In this document: positions 39,843 through 53,000 of the stretch, piece by piece
Numbering within the stretch: position 1 is the stretch's first letter
Layout of the letters: every line of letters starts with the position of its first letter
Assembly: GCF_009914755.1 (NCBI RefSeq)
Contig: NC_060935.1
Reading direction: 5' to 3' (one strand)
Source: the human T2T-CHM13v2.0 reference genome, Homo sapiens
DNA length: 64,000 nt
The notes under the pieces: model-generated
Told to the model about the DNA's origin: nothing
Seen by the model: only the letters and a program-made list of their open reading frames with translations
Database searches by the model: none
Made by a program: the position numbers and the translations under genes

Positions 39843-42800
39843 GCACAGAGTTGAACATTCCTATAGATAGAGCAGGTTGTAAACAATCTTTTTGTAGAAT
39901 CTGCGATTGGAGATTTGGACTGCTTTGAGGCCTACTGTAGTAAAGGAAATAACTTCATCTAAAAACCAAACGGAAGCATTCACAGACAATTCTTAGTGAT
40001 CATTGCATTGAACTAACAGAGCTGAACATTCCTTTAGATGGAGCAGTTTCCAAACCCACTTTCTGTAGAATCTGCAAGTGGATATTTGGACTTCTCTGAG
40101 GATTTCGTTGGAAACGGGATAAAATTCCCAGAACTACACGGAAGCATTCTGAGAAACTTCTTTGTAATGTTTGCATTCAACTCACAGAGTTGAACCTTGC
40201 TTTCATAGTTCAGCTTTCAAACACTCTTTTTGTACAATCTGCAAGTGGATATTTGGACCACTTTGTGGCCTTCCTTCGAAACGGGGATATCTTCATATCA
40301 AACCTAGACAGAAGCATTCTCAGAATGTTTCCTGTGATGACTGCATTCAACTCACAGAGGTGAACAATCCTGCTGATGGAGCACTTTGGAAACTCTCTTT
40401 CTTTGGATTCTGCAAGTGGATATGTGGACCTCTGTGAAGATTTCGTTGGAAACGGGTTCATCTTCACAGAAAAACTGAACAGGAGCATTCTCAGAAAGTG
40501 CTTTGTGATGTTTGTGTTCCACTTCAGGAATTGAACTTTCCTCTTGACAGAGCAGCTCTGAAACCCTCTTTTTCTAGAATCTGCAAGTGGACATTTGGAG
40601 GGCTTTGAGGCCTGTGGTGGAAAAGGAAAATCTTCACATAAAAACTAGATGGAAGCATTCTCAGAAACTACTTTGTGATGATTGCATTCGACTCACAGAG
40701 TTGAACATTCCTATAGATAGAGCAGGTTGTAAACAATCTTTTTGTAGAATCTGCGATTGGAGATTTGGACTGCTTTGAGGCCTACTGTAGTAGAGGAAAT
40801 AACTTCATCTAAAAACCAAACGGAAGCATTCACAGACAATTCTTAGTGATCATTGCATTGAACTAACAGAGCTGAACATTCCTTTAGATGGAGCAGTTTC
40901 CAAACACACTTTCTGTAGAATCTGCAAGTGGATATTTGGACTTCTCTGAGGATTTCGTTAGAAACGGGATAAACTTCCCAGAACTACACGGAAGCATTCT
41001 GAGAAACTTCTTTGTGATGTTTGCATTCAACTCACAGAGTTGAACCTTGCTTTCATAGTTCAGCTTTCAAACACTCTTTTTGTAGAATCTGCAAGTGGAT
41101 ATTTGGACCACTTTGTGGCCTTCCTTCGAAACGGGTATATCTTCACATCAAACCTAGACAGAAGCATTCTCAGAATGTTTCCTGTGATGACTGCATTCAA
41201 CTCACAGAGGTGAACAATCCTGTTGATGGAGCAGTTTTGAAACTCTCTTTCTTTGGATTCTGCAAGTTGATATGTGGACCTCTGTGAAGATTTCGTTGGA
41301 AACGGGTTCATCTTCACAGAAAAACTAAACAGAATCATTCTCAGAAACTGCTTTGTGATGTTTGTGTTCCACTTCAAGAATTGAACTTTCCTCTTGACAG
41401 AGCAGCTCTGAAACCCTCTTTTTCTAGAATCTGCAAGTGGACATTTGGAGGGCTTTGAAGCCTGTGGTGGAAAAGGAAAATCTTCACATAAAAACTAGAT
41501 GGAAGCATTCTCAGAAACTACTTTGTGATGATTGCATTCGACTCACAGAGTTGAACATTCCTATAGATAGAGCAGGTTGTAAACAATCTTTTTGTGGAAT
41601 CTGCGATTGGAGATTTGGACTGCTTTGAGGCCTACTGTAGTAGAGGAAATAACTTCATCTAAAAACCAAACGGAAGCATTCACAGACAATTCTTAGTGAT
41701 CATTGCATTGAACTAACAGAGCTGAACATTCCTTTAGATGGCGCAGTTTCCAAACACACTTTCTGTAGAATCTGCAAGTGGATATTTGGACCTCTCTGAG
41801 GATTTCGTTAGAAACGGGATAAACTTCCCAGAACTACACGGAAGCATGCTGAGAAACTTCTTTGTGATGTTTGCATTCAACTCACAGAGTTGAACCTTGC
41901 TTTCATAGTTCAGCTTTCAAACACTCTTTTTGTAGAATCTGCAAGTGGATATTTGGACCACTTTGTGGCCTTCCTTCGAAACGGGTATATCTTCACATCA
42001 AACCTAGACAGAAGCATTCTCAGAATGTTTCCTGTGATGACTGCATTCAACTCACAGAGGTGAACAATCCTGCTGATGGAGCAATTTTGAAACTCTCTTT
42101 CTTTGGATTCTGCAAGTGGATATGTGGACCTCTGTGAAGATTTCGTTGGAAACGGGTTCATCTTCACAGAAAAACTAAACAGAAGCATTCTCAGAAACTG
42201 CTTTGTGATGTTTGTGTTCCACTTCAGGAATTGAACTTTCCTCTTCACAGAGCAGCTCTGAAACCCTCTTATTCTAGAATCTGCAAGTGGACATTTGGAG
42301 GGCTTTGAGGCCTGTGGTGGAAAAGGAAAATCTTCACATAAAAACTAGATGGAAGCATTCTCAGAAACTACTTTGTGATGATTGCATTCGACTCACAGAG
42401 TTGAACATTCCTATAGATAGAGCAGGTTGTAAACAATCTTTTTGTAGAATCTGCGATTGGAGATTTGGACTGCTTTGAGTCCTACTGTAGTAAAGGAAAT
42501 AACTTTATCTAAAAACCAAACGGAAGCATTCACAGACAATTCTTAGTGATCATTGCATTGAACTAACAGAGCTGAACATTCCTTTAGATGGAGCAGTTTC
42601 CAAACACACTTTCTGTAGAACCTGCAAGTGGATATTTGGGCCTCTCTGAGGATTTCGTTGGAAACGGGATAAACTTCCCAGAACTACACGGAAGCATTGT
42701 GAGAAACTTCTTTGTGATGTTTGCATTCAACTCACAGAGTTGAACCTTGCTTTCATAGTTCAGCTTTCAAACACTCTTTTTGTAGAATCTGCAAGTGGAT

Positions 42801-44089
42801 ATTTGGACCACTTTGTGGCCTTCCTTCGAAACGGGTATATCTTCACATCAAACCTAGACAGAAGCATTCTCAGAATGTTTCCTGTGATGACTGCATTCAA
42901 CTCACAGAGGTGAACAATCCTGCTGATGGAGCAGTTTTGAAACTCTCTTTCTTTGGATTCTGCAAGTGGATATGTGGACCTCTGTGAAGATTTCGTTGGA
43001 AACGGGTTCATCTTCACAGAAAAACTAAACAGAAACATTCTCACAAACTGCTTTGTGATGTTTGTGTTCCACTTCAGGAATTGAACTTTCCTCTTGACAG
43101 AGCAGCTCTGAAACCCTCTTATTCTAGAATCTGCAAGTGGACATTTGGAGGGCTTTGAGGCCTCTAGTGGAAAAGGAAAATCTTCACATAAAAACTAGAT
43201 GGAAGCATTCTCAGAAACTACTTTGTGATGATTGCATTCGACTCACAGAGTTGAACATTCCTATAGATAGAGCAGGTTGTAAACAATCTTTTTGTAGAAT
43301 CTGCTATTGGAGATTTGGACTGCTTTGAGGCCTACTGTAGTAAAGGAAATAACTTCATCTAAAAACCAAACGGAAGCATTCACAGACAATTCTTAGTGAT
43401 CATTGGATTGAACTAACAGAGCTGAACATTCCTTTAGATGGCGCAGTTTCCAAACACACTTTCTGTAGAATCTGCAAGTGGATATTTGGACTTCTCTGAG
43501 GATTTCGTTGGAAACGGGATAAACTTCCCAGAACTACACGGAAGCATTGTGAGAAACTTCTTTGTGATGTTTGCATTCAACTCACAGAGTTGAACCTTGC
43601 TTTCATAGTTCAGCTTTCAAACACTCTTTTTGTAGAATCTGCAAGTCGATATTTTGACCACTTTTTGGGCTTCCTTCGAAACGGGTATATCTTCACATCA
43701 AACCTAGACAGAAACATTCTCAGAATGTTTCCTGTGATGACTGCATTCAACTCACAGAGGTGAACAATCCTGCTGATGGAGCAGTTTTGAAACTCTCTTT
43801 CTTTGGATTCTGCAAGTGGATATGTGGACCTCTGTGAAGATTTCGTTGGAAACGGGTTCATCTTCACAGAAAAACTAAACAGGAGCATTCTCAGAAACTG
43901 CTTTGTGATGTTTGTGTTCCACTTCAAGAATTGAACTTTCCTCTTGACAGAGCAGCTCTGAAACCCTATTTTTCTAGAATATGCAAGTGGACATTTGGAG
44001 GGCTTTGAGGCCTGTGGTGGAAAAGGAAAATCTTCACATAAAAACTAGATGGAAGCATTCTCAGAAACTACTTTGTGATGATTGCATTC

Positions 44090-47000
44090 GACGCACAGAG
44101 TTGAACATTCCTATAGATAGAGCAGGTTGTAAACAATCTTTTTGTAGAATCTGCGATTGGAGATTTGGACTGCTTTGAGGCCTACTGTAGTAAAGGAAAT
44201 AACTTCATCTAAAAACCAAACGGAAGCATTCACAGACAATTCTTAGTGATCATTGCATTGAACTAACAGAGCTGAACATTCCTTTAGATGGAGCAGTTTC
44301 CAAACCCACTTTCTGTAGAATCTTCAAGTGGATATTTGGACTTCTCTGAGGATTTCGTTGGAAACGGGATAAACTTCCCAGAACTACACGGAAGCATTGT
44401 GAGAAACTTCTTTGTGATGTTTGCATTCAACTCACAGAGTTGAACCTTGCTTTCATAGTTCAGCTTTCAAACACTCTTTTTGTAGAATCTGCAAGTGGAT
44501 ATTTGGACCACTTTGTGGCCTTCCTTCGAAACGGGTATATCTTCCCATCAAACCTAGACAGAAGCATTCTCAGAATGTTTCCTGTGATGACTGCATTCAA
44601 CTCACAGAGGTGAACAATCCTGTTGATGGAGCAGTTTTGAAACTCTCTTTCTTTGGATTCTGCAAGTTGATATGTGGACCTCTGTGAAGATTTCGTTGGA
44701 AACGGGTTCATCTTCACAGAAAAACTAAACAGAAGCATTCTCTGAAACTACTTTGTGATGTTTGTGTTCCACTTCTAGAATTGAACTTTCCTCTTGACAG
44801 AGCAGCTCTGAAACCCTCTTATTCTAGAATCTGCAAGTGGACATTTGGAGGGCTTTGAGGCCTGTGGTGGAAAAGGAAAATCTTCACATAAAAACTAGAT
44901 GGAAGCATTCTCAGAAACTACTTTGTGATGATTGCATTCGACTCACAGAGTTGAACATTCCTATAGATAGAGCAGGTTGTAAACAATCTTTTTGTAGAAT
45001 CTGCGATTGGAGATTTGGACTGCTTTGAGGCCTACTGTAGTAAAGGAAATAACTTCATCTAAAAACCAAACGGAAGCATTCACAGACAATTCTTAGTGAT
45101 CATTGCATTGAACTAACAGAGCTGAACATTCCTTTAGATGGCGCAGTTTCCAAACACACTTTCTGTAGAATCTGCAAGTGGATATTTGGACTTCTCTGAG
45201 AATTTCGTTGGAAAAGGGATAAACTTCCCAGAACTACACGGAAGCATTGTGAGAAACTTCTTTGTGATGTTTCCATTCAACTCACAGAGTTGAAACTTGC
45301 TTTCATAGTTCAGCTTTCAAACACTCTTTTTGTAGAATCTGCAAGTGGATATTTGGACCACTTTGTGGCCTTCCTTCGAAACGGGTATATCTTCACATCA
45401 AACCTAGACATAAGCATTCTCAGAATGTTTCCTGTGAAGACTGCATTCAACTCACAGAGATGAACAATCCTGTTGATGGAGCACTTTGGAAACTCTCTTT
45501 CTTTGGATTCTGCAAGTTGATATGTGGACCTCTGTGAAGATTTCGTTGGAAACGGGTTCATCTTCACAGAAAAACTAAACAGAAGCATTCTCAAAAACTA
45601 CTTTGTGATGTTTGTGTTCCACTTCAAGAATTGAACTTTCCTCTTGACAGAGCAGTTCTGAAAACCTCTTTTTCTAGAATCTGCAAGTGGACATTTGGAG
45701 GGCTTTGAGGCCTGTGGTGGAAAAGGAAAATCTTCACATAAAAACTAGATGGAAGCATTCTCAGAAACTACTTTGTGATGATTGCATTCGACTCACAGAG
45801 TTGAACATTCCTATAGATAGAGCAGGTTGTAAACAATCTTTTTGTAGAATCTGCGATTGGAGATTCGGACTGCTTTGAGGCCTACTGTAGTAAAGGAAAT
45901 AACTTCATCTAAAAACCAAACGGAAGCATTCACAGACAATTCTTAGTGATCATTGCATTGAACTAACAGAGCTGAACATTCCTTTACATGACGCAGTTTC
46001 CAAACACACTTTCTGTAGAATCTGCAAGTGGATATTTGGACCTCTCTGAGGATTTCGTTGGAAACGGGATAAACTTCCCAGAACTACACGGAAGCATGCT
46101 GAGAAACTTCTTTGTGATGTTTGCATTCAACTCACAGAGTTGAACCTTGCTTTCATAGTTCAGCTTTCAAACACTTTTTTTGTAGAATCTGCAAGTGGAT
46201 ATTTGGACCACTTTGTGGCCTTCCTTCGAAACGGGTATATCTTCACATCAAACCTAGACAGAAGCATTCTCAGAATGTTTCCTGTGATGACTGCATTCAA
46301 CTCACAGAGGTGAACAATCCTGCTGATGGAGGAGTTTTGAAACTCTCTTTCTTTGGATTCTGCAAGTGGATATGTGGACCTCTGTGAAGATTTCGTTGGA
46401 AACGGGTTCATCTTCACAGAAAAACTAAACAGAAGCATTCTCAGAAACTGCTTTGTGATGTTTGTGTTCCACTTCAGGAATTGAACTTTCCTCTTGACAG
46501 AGCAGCTCTGAAACCCTCTTATTCTAGAATCTGCAAGTGGACATTTGGAGGGCTTTGAGGCCTTTGGTGGAAAAGGAAAATCTTCACATAAAAACTAGAT
46601 GGAAGCATTCTCAGAAACTACTTTGTGATGATTGCATTCGACTCACAGAGTTGAACATTCCTATAGATAGAGCAGGTTGTAAACAATCTTTTTGTAGAAT
46701 CTGCGATTGGAGATTTGGACTGCTTTGAGGCCTACTGTAGTAAAGGAAATAACTTCATCTAAAAACCAAACGGAAGCATTCACAGACAATTCTCAGGATC
46801 ATTGGATTGAACTCACAGAGCTGAACATTCCTTTAGATGGAGCAGTTTCCAAACCCACTTTCTGTAGAATCTGCAAGTGGATATTTGGACTTCTCTGAGG
46901 ATTTCGTTGGAAACGGGATAAACTTCCCAGAACTACAGGGAAGCATTGTGAGAAACTTCTTTGTGATGTTTGCATTCAACTCACAGAGTTGAACCTTGCT

Positions 47001-50000
47001 TTCATAGTTCAGCTTTCAAACACTCTTTTTGTAGAATCTGCAAGTGGATATTTGGACCACTTTGTGGCCTTCCTTCGAAACGGGTATATCTTCACATCAA
47101 ACCTAGACAGAAGCATTCTCAGAATGTTTCCTGTGATGACTGCATTCAACTCACAGAGGTGAACAATCCTGTTGATGGAGCACTTTTGAAACTCTCTTTC
47201 TTTGGATTCTGCAAGTTGATATGTGGACCTCTGTGAAGATTTCGTTGGAAACGGGTTCATCTTCACAGAAAAACTAAACAGAAGCATTCTCAGAAACTAC
47301 TTTGTGATGTTTGTGTTCCACTTCAAGAATTGAACTTTCCTCTTGACAGAGCAGCTCTGAAACCCTCTTTTTCTAGAATCTGCAAGTGGACATTTGGAGG
47401 GCTTTGAGGCCTGTGGTGGAAAAGGAAAATCTTCACATAAAAACTAGATGGAAGCATTCTCAGAAACTACTTTGTGATGATTGCATTCGTCTCACAGAGT
47501 TGAACATTCCTATAGATAGAGCAGGTTGTAAACAATCTTTTTGTAGAATCTGCGATTGGAGATTTGGACTGCTTGGAGGCCTACTGTAGTAAAGTAAATA
47601 ACTTCATCTAAAAACCAAACGGAAGCATTCACAGACAATTCTTAGTGATCATTGCATTGAACTAACAGAGCTGAACATTCCTTTAGATGGCGCAGTTTCC
47701 AAACACACTTTCTGTAGAATCTGCAAGTGGATATTTGGACCTCTCTGAGGATTTCGTTGGAAACCGGATAAACTTCCCAGAACTACACGGAAGCACTGTG
47801 AGAAAATTCTTTGTGATGTTTGCATTCAACTCACAGAGTTGAACCTTGCTTTCATAGTTCAGCTTTCAAACACTCTTTTTGTAGAATCTGCAAGTGGATA
47901 TTTGGACCACTTTGTGGCCTTCCTTCGAAACGGGTATATCTTCCCATCAAACCTAGACAGAAGCATTCTCAGAATGTTTCCTGTGATGACTGCATTCAAC
48001 TCACAGAGGTGAACAATCCTGTTGATGGAGCACTTTTGAAACTCTCTTTCTTTGGATTCTGCAAGTTGATATGTGGACCTCTGTGAAGATTTCGTTGGAA
48101 ACGGGTTCATCTTCACAGAAAAACTAAACAGAAGCATTCTCAGAAACTACTATGTGATGTTTGTGTTCCACTTCAAGAATTGAACTTTCCTCTTGACAGA
48201 GCAGCTCTGAAACCCTCTTTTTCTAGAATCTGCAAGTGAACATTTGGAGGGCTTTGAGGCCTGTGGTGGAAAAGGAAAATCTTCACATAAAAACTAGATG
48301 GAAGCATTCTCAGAAACTACTTTGTGATGATTGCATTCGACTCACAGAGTTGAACATTCCTATAGATAGAGCAGGTTGTAAACAATCTTTTTGTAGAATC
48401 TGCGATTGGAGATTTGGACTGCTTTGAGGCCTACTGTAGTAAAGGAAATAACTTCATCTAAAAACCAAACGGAAGCATTCACAGACAATTCTTAGTGATC
48501 ATTGCATTGAACTAACAGAGCTGAACATTCCTTTAGATGGCGCAGTTTCCAAACACACTTTCTGTAGAATCTGCAAGTGGATATTTGGACCTCTCTGAGG
48601 ATTTCGTTAGAAAAGGGATAAACTTCCCAGAACTACACGGAAGCATGCTGAGAAACTTCTTTGTGATGTTTGCATTCAACTCACAGAGTTGAACCTTGCT
48701 TTCATAGTTCAGCTTTCAAACACTCTTTTTGTAGAATCTGCAAGTGGATATTTGGACCACTTTGTGGCCTTCCTTGAAACGGGTATATCTTCACATCAAA
48801 CCTAGACAGAAGCATTCTCAGAATGTTTCCTGTGATGACTGCATTCAACTCACAGAGGTGAACAATCCTGCTGATGGAGCAGTTTTGAAACTCTCTTTCT
48901 TTGGATTCTGCAAGTGGATATGTGGACCTCTGTGAAGATTTCGTTGGAAACGGGTTCATCTTCACAGAAAAACTAAACAGAAGCATTCTCAGAAACTGCT
49001 TTGTGATGTTTGTGTTCCACTTCAGGAATTGAACTTTCCTCTTGACAGAGCAGCTCTGAAACCCTCTTATTCTAGAATCTGCAAGTGGACATTTGGAGGG
49101 CTTTGAGGCCTGTGGTGGAAAAGGAAAATCTTCACATAAAAACTAGATGGAAGCATTCTCAGAAACTACTTTGTGATGATTGCATTCGACTCACAGAGTT
49201 GAACATTCCTATAGATAGAGCAGGTTGTAAACAATCTTTTTGTAGAAAATGCGATTGGAGATTTGGACTGCTTTGAGGCCTACTGTAGTAAAGGAAATAA
49301 CTTCATCTAAAAACCAAACGGAAGCATTCACAGACAATTCTTAGTGATCATTGGATTGAACTAACAGAGCTGAACATTCCTTTAGATGGAGCAGTTTCCA
49401 AACCCACTTTCTGTAGAATATGCAAGTGGATATTTGGACTTCTCTGAGGATTTCGTGGGAAACGGGATAAACTTCCCAGAACTACACGGAAGCATTGTGA
49501 GAAACTTCTTTGTGATGTTTGCATTCAACTCACAGAGTTGAACCTTGCTTTCATAGTTCAGCTTTCAAACACTCTTTTTGTAGAATCTGCAAGTGGATAT
49601 TTGGACCACTTTGTGGCCTTCCTTCGAAACGGGTATATCTTCACATCAAACCTAGACAGAAGCATTCTCAGAATGTTTCCTGTGATGACTGCATTCAACT
49701 CACAGAGGTGAACAATCCTGCTGATGGAGCAGTTTTGAAACTCTCTTTCTTTGGATTCTGCAAGTGGATATGTGGACCTCTGTGAAGATTTCATTGGAAA
49801 CGGGTTCATCTTCACAGAAAAACTAAACAGGAGCATTCTCAGAAACTGCTTTGTGATGTTTGTGTTCCACTTCAAGAATTGAACTTTCCTCTTGACAGAG
49901 CAGCTCTGAAACCCTCTTTTTCTAGAATCTGCAAGTGGACATTTGGAGGGCTTTGAGGCCTGTGGTGGAAAAGGAAAATCTTCACATAAAAACTAGATGG

Positions 50001-53000
50001 AAGCATTCTCAGAAACTACTTTGTGATGATTGCATTCGACGCACAGAGTTGAACATTCCTATAGATAGAGCAGGTTGTAAACAATCTTTTTGTAGAATCT
50101 GCGATTGGAGATTTGGACTGCTTTGAGGCCTACTGTAGTAAAGGAAATAACTTCATCTAAAAACCAAACGGAAGCATTCACAGACAATTCTTAGTGATCA
50201 TTGCATTGAACTAACAGAGCTGAACATTCCTTTAGATGGTGCAGTTTCCAAACCCACTTTCTGTAGAATCTTCAAGTGGATATTTGGACTTCTCTGAGGA
50301 TTTCGTTGGAAACGGGATAAACTTCGCAGAACTACACGGAAGCATTGTGAGAAACTTCTTTGTGATGTTTGCATTCAACTCACAGAGTTGAACCTTGCTT
50401 TCATAGTTCAGCTTTCAAACACTCTTTTTGTAGAATCTGCAAGTGGATATTTGGACCACTTTGTGGCCTTCCTTCGAAACGGGTATATCTTCACATCAAA
50501 CCTAGACAGAAGCATTCTCAGAATGTTTCCTGTGATGACTGCATTCAACTCACAGAGGTGAACAATCCTGTTGATGGAGCAGTTTTGACTCTCTTTCTTT
50601 GGATTCTGCAAGTTGATATGTGGACCTCTGTGAAGATTTCGTTGGAAACGGGTTCATCTTCACAGAAAAACTAAACAGAAGCATTCTCTGAAACTACTTT
50701 GTGATGTTTGTGTTCCACTTCTAGAATTGAACTTTCCTCTTGACAGAGCAGCTCTGAAACCCTCTTTTTCTAGAATCTGCAAGTGGACATTTGGAGGGCT
50801 TTGAGGCCTGTGGTGGAAAAGGAAAATCTTCACATAAAAACTAGATGGAAGCATTCTCAGAAACTACTTTGTGATGATTGCATTCGACTCACAGAGTTGA
50901 ACATTCCTATAGATAGAGCAGGTTGTAAACAATCTTTTTGTAGAATCTGCGATTGGAGATTTGGACTGCTTTGAGGCCTACTGTAGTAAAGGAAATAACT
51001 TCATCTAAAAACCAAACGGAAGCATTCACAGACAATTCTTAGTGATCATTGCATTGAACTAACAGAGCTGAACATTCCTTTAGATGGCGCAGTTTCCAAA
51101 CACACTTTCTGTAGAATCTGCAAGTGGATATTTGGACCTCTCTGAGGATTTCGTTGGAAATGGGATAAACTTCCCAGAACTACACGGAAGCATGCTGAGA
51201 AACTTCTTTGTGATGTTTGCATTCAACTCACAGAGTTGAACCTTGCTTTCATAGTTCAGCTTTCAAACACTCTTTTTGTAGAATCTGCAAGTGGATATTT
51301 GGACCACTTTGTGGCCTTCCTTCGAAACGGGTATATCTTCACATCAAACCTAGACAGAAGCATTCTCAGAATGTTTCCTGTGATGACTGCATTCAACTCA
51401 CAGAGGTGAACAATCCTGCTGATGGAGCAATTTTGAAACTCTCTTTCTTTGGATTCTACAAGTGGATATGTGGACCTTTGTGAAGATTTCGTTGGAAACG
51501 GGTTCATCTTCACAGAAAAACTAAACAGAAGCATTCTCAGAAACTGCTTTGTGATGTTTGTGTTCCACTTCAGGAATTGAACTTTCCTCTTGACAGAGCA
51601 GCTCTGAAACCCTCTTATTCTAGAATCTGCAAGTGGACATTTGGAGGGCTTTGAGGCCTGTGGTGGAAAAGGAAAATCTTCACATAAAAACTAGATGGAA
51701 GCATTCTCAGAAACTACTTTGTGATGATTGCATTCGACTCACAGAGTTGAACATTCCTATAGATAGAGCAGGTTGTAAACAATCTTTTTGTAGAATCTGC
51801 GATTGGAGATTTGGACTGCTTTGAGGCCTACTGTAGTAAAGGAAATAACTTCATCTAAAAACCAAACGGAAGCATTCACAGACAATTCTTAGTGATCATT
51901 GCATTGAACTAACAGAGCTGAACATTCCTTTAGATGGCGCAGTTTCCAAACACACTTTCTGTAGAATCTGCAAGTGGATATTTGGACTTCTCTGAGGATT
52001 TCGTTGGAAACGGGATAAACTTCCCAGAACTACACGGAAGCATTGTGAGAAACTTCTTTGTGATGTTTGCATTCAACTCACAGAGTTGAAACTTGCTTTC
52101 ATAGTTCAGCTTTCAAACACTCTTTTTGTAGAATCTGCAAGTGGATATTTGGACCACTTTGTGGCCTTCCTTCGAAACGGGTATATCTTCACATCAAACC
52201 TAGACATAAGCATTCTCAGAATGTTTCCTGTGAAGACTGCATTCAACTCACAGAGATGAACAATCCTGTTGATGGAGCACTTTGGAAACTCTCTTTCTTT
52301 GGATTCTGCAAGTTGATATGTGGACCTCTGTGAAGATTTCGTTGGAAACGGGTTCATCTTCACAGAAAAACTAAACAGAAGCATTCTCAAAAACTACTTT
52401 GTGATGTTTGTGTTCCACTTCAAGAATTGAACTTTCCTCTTGACAGAGCAGTTCTGAAAACCTCTTTTTCTAGAATCTGCAAGTGGACATTTGGAGGGCT
52501 TTGAGGCCTGTGGTGGAAAAGGAAAATCTTCACATAAAAACTAGATGGAAGCATTCTCAGAAACTACTTTGTGATGATTGCATTCGACTCACAGAGTTGA
52601 ACATTCCTATAGATAGAGCAGGTTGTAAACAATCTTTTTGTAGAATCTGCGATTGGAGATTCGGACTGCTTTGAGGCCTACTGTAGTAAAGGAAATAACT
52701 TCATCTAAAAACCAAACGGAAGCATTCACAGACAATTCTTAGTGATCATTGCATTGAACTAACAGAGCTGAACATTCCTTTACATGGCGCAGTTTCCAAA
52801 CACACTTTCTGTAGAATCTGCAAGTGGATATTTGGACCTCTCTGAGGATTTCGTTGGAAACGGGATAAACTTCCCAGAACTACACGGAAGCATGCTGAGA
52901 AACTTCTTTGTGATGTTTGCATTCAACTCACAGAGTTGAACCTTGCTTTCATAGTTCAGCTTTCAAACACTTTTTTTGTAGAATCTGCAAGTGGATATTT

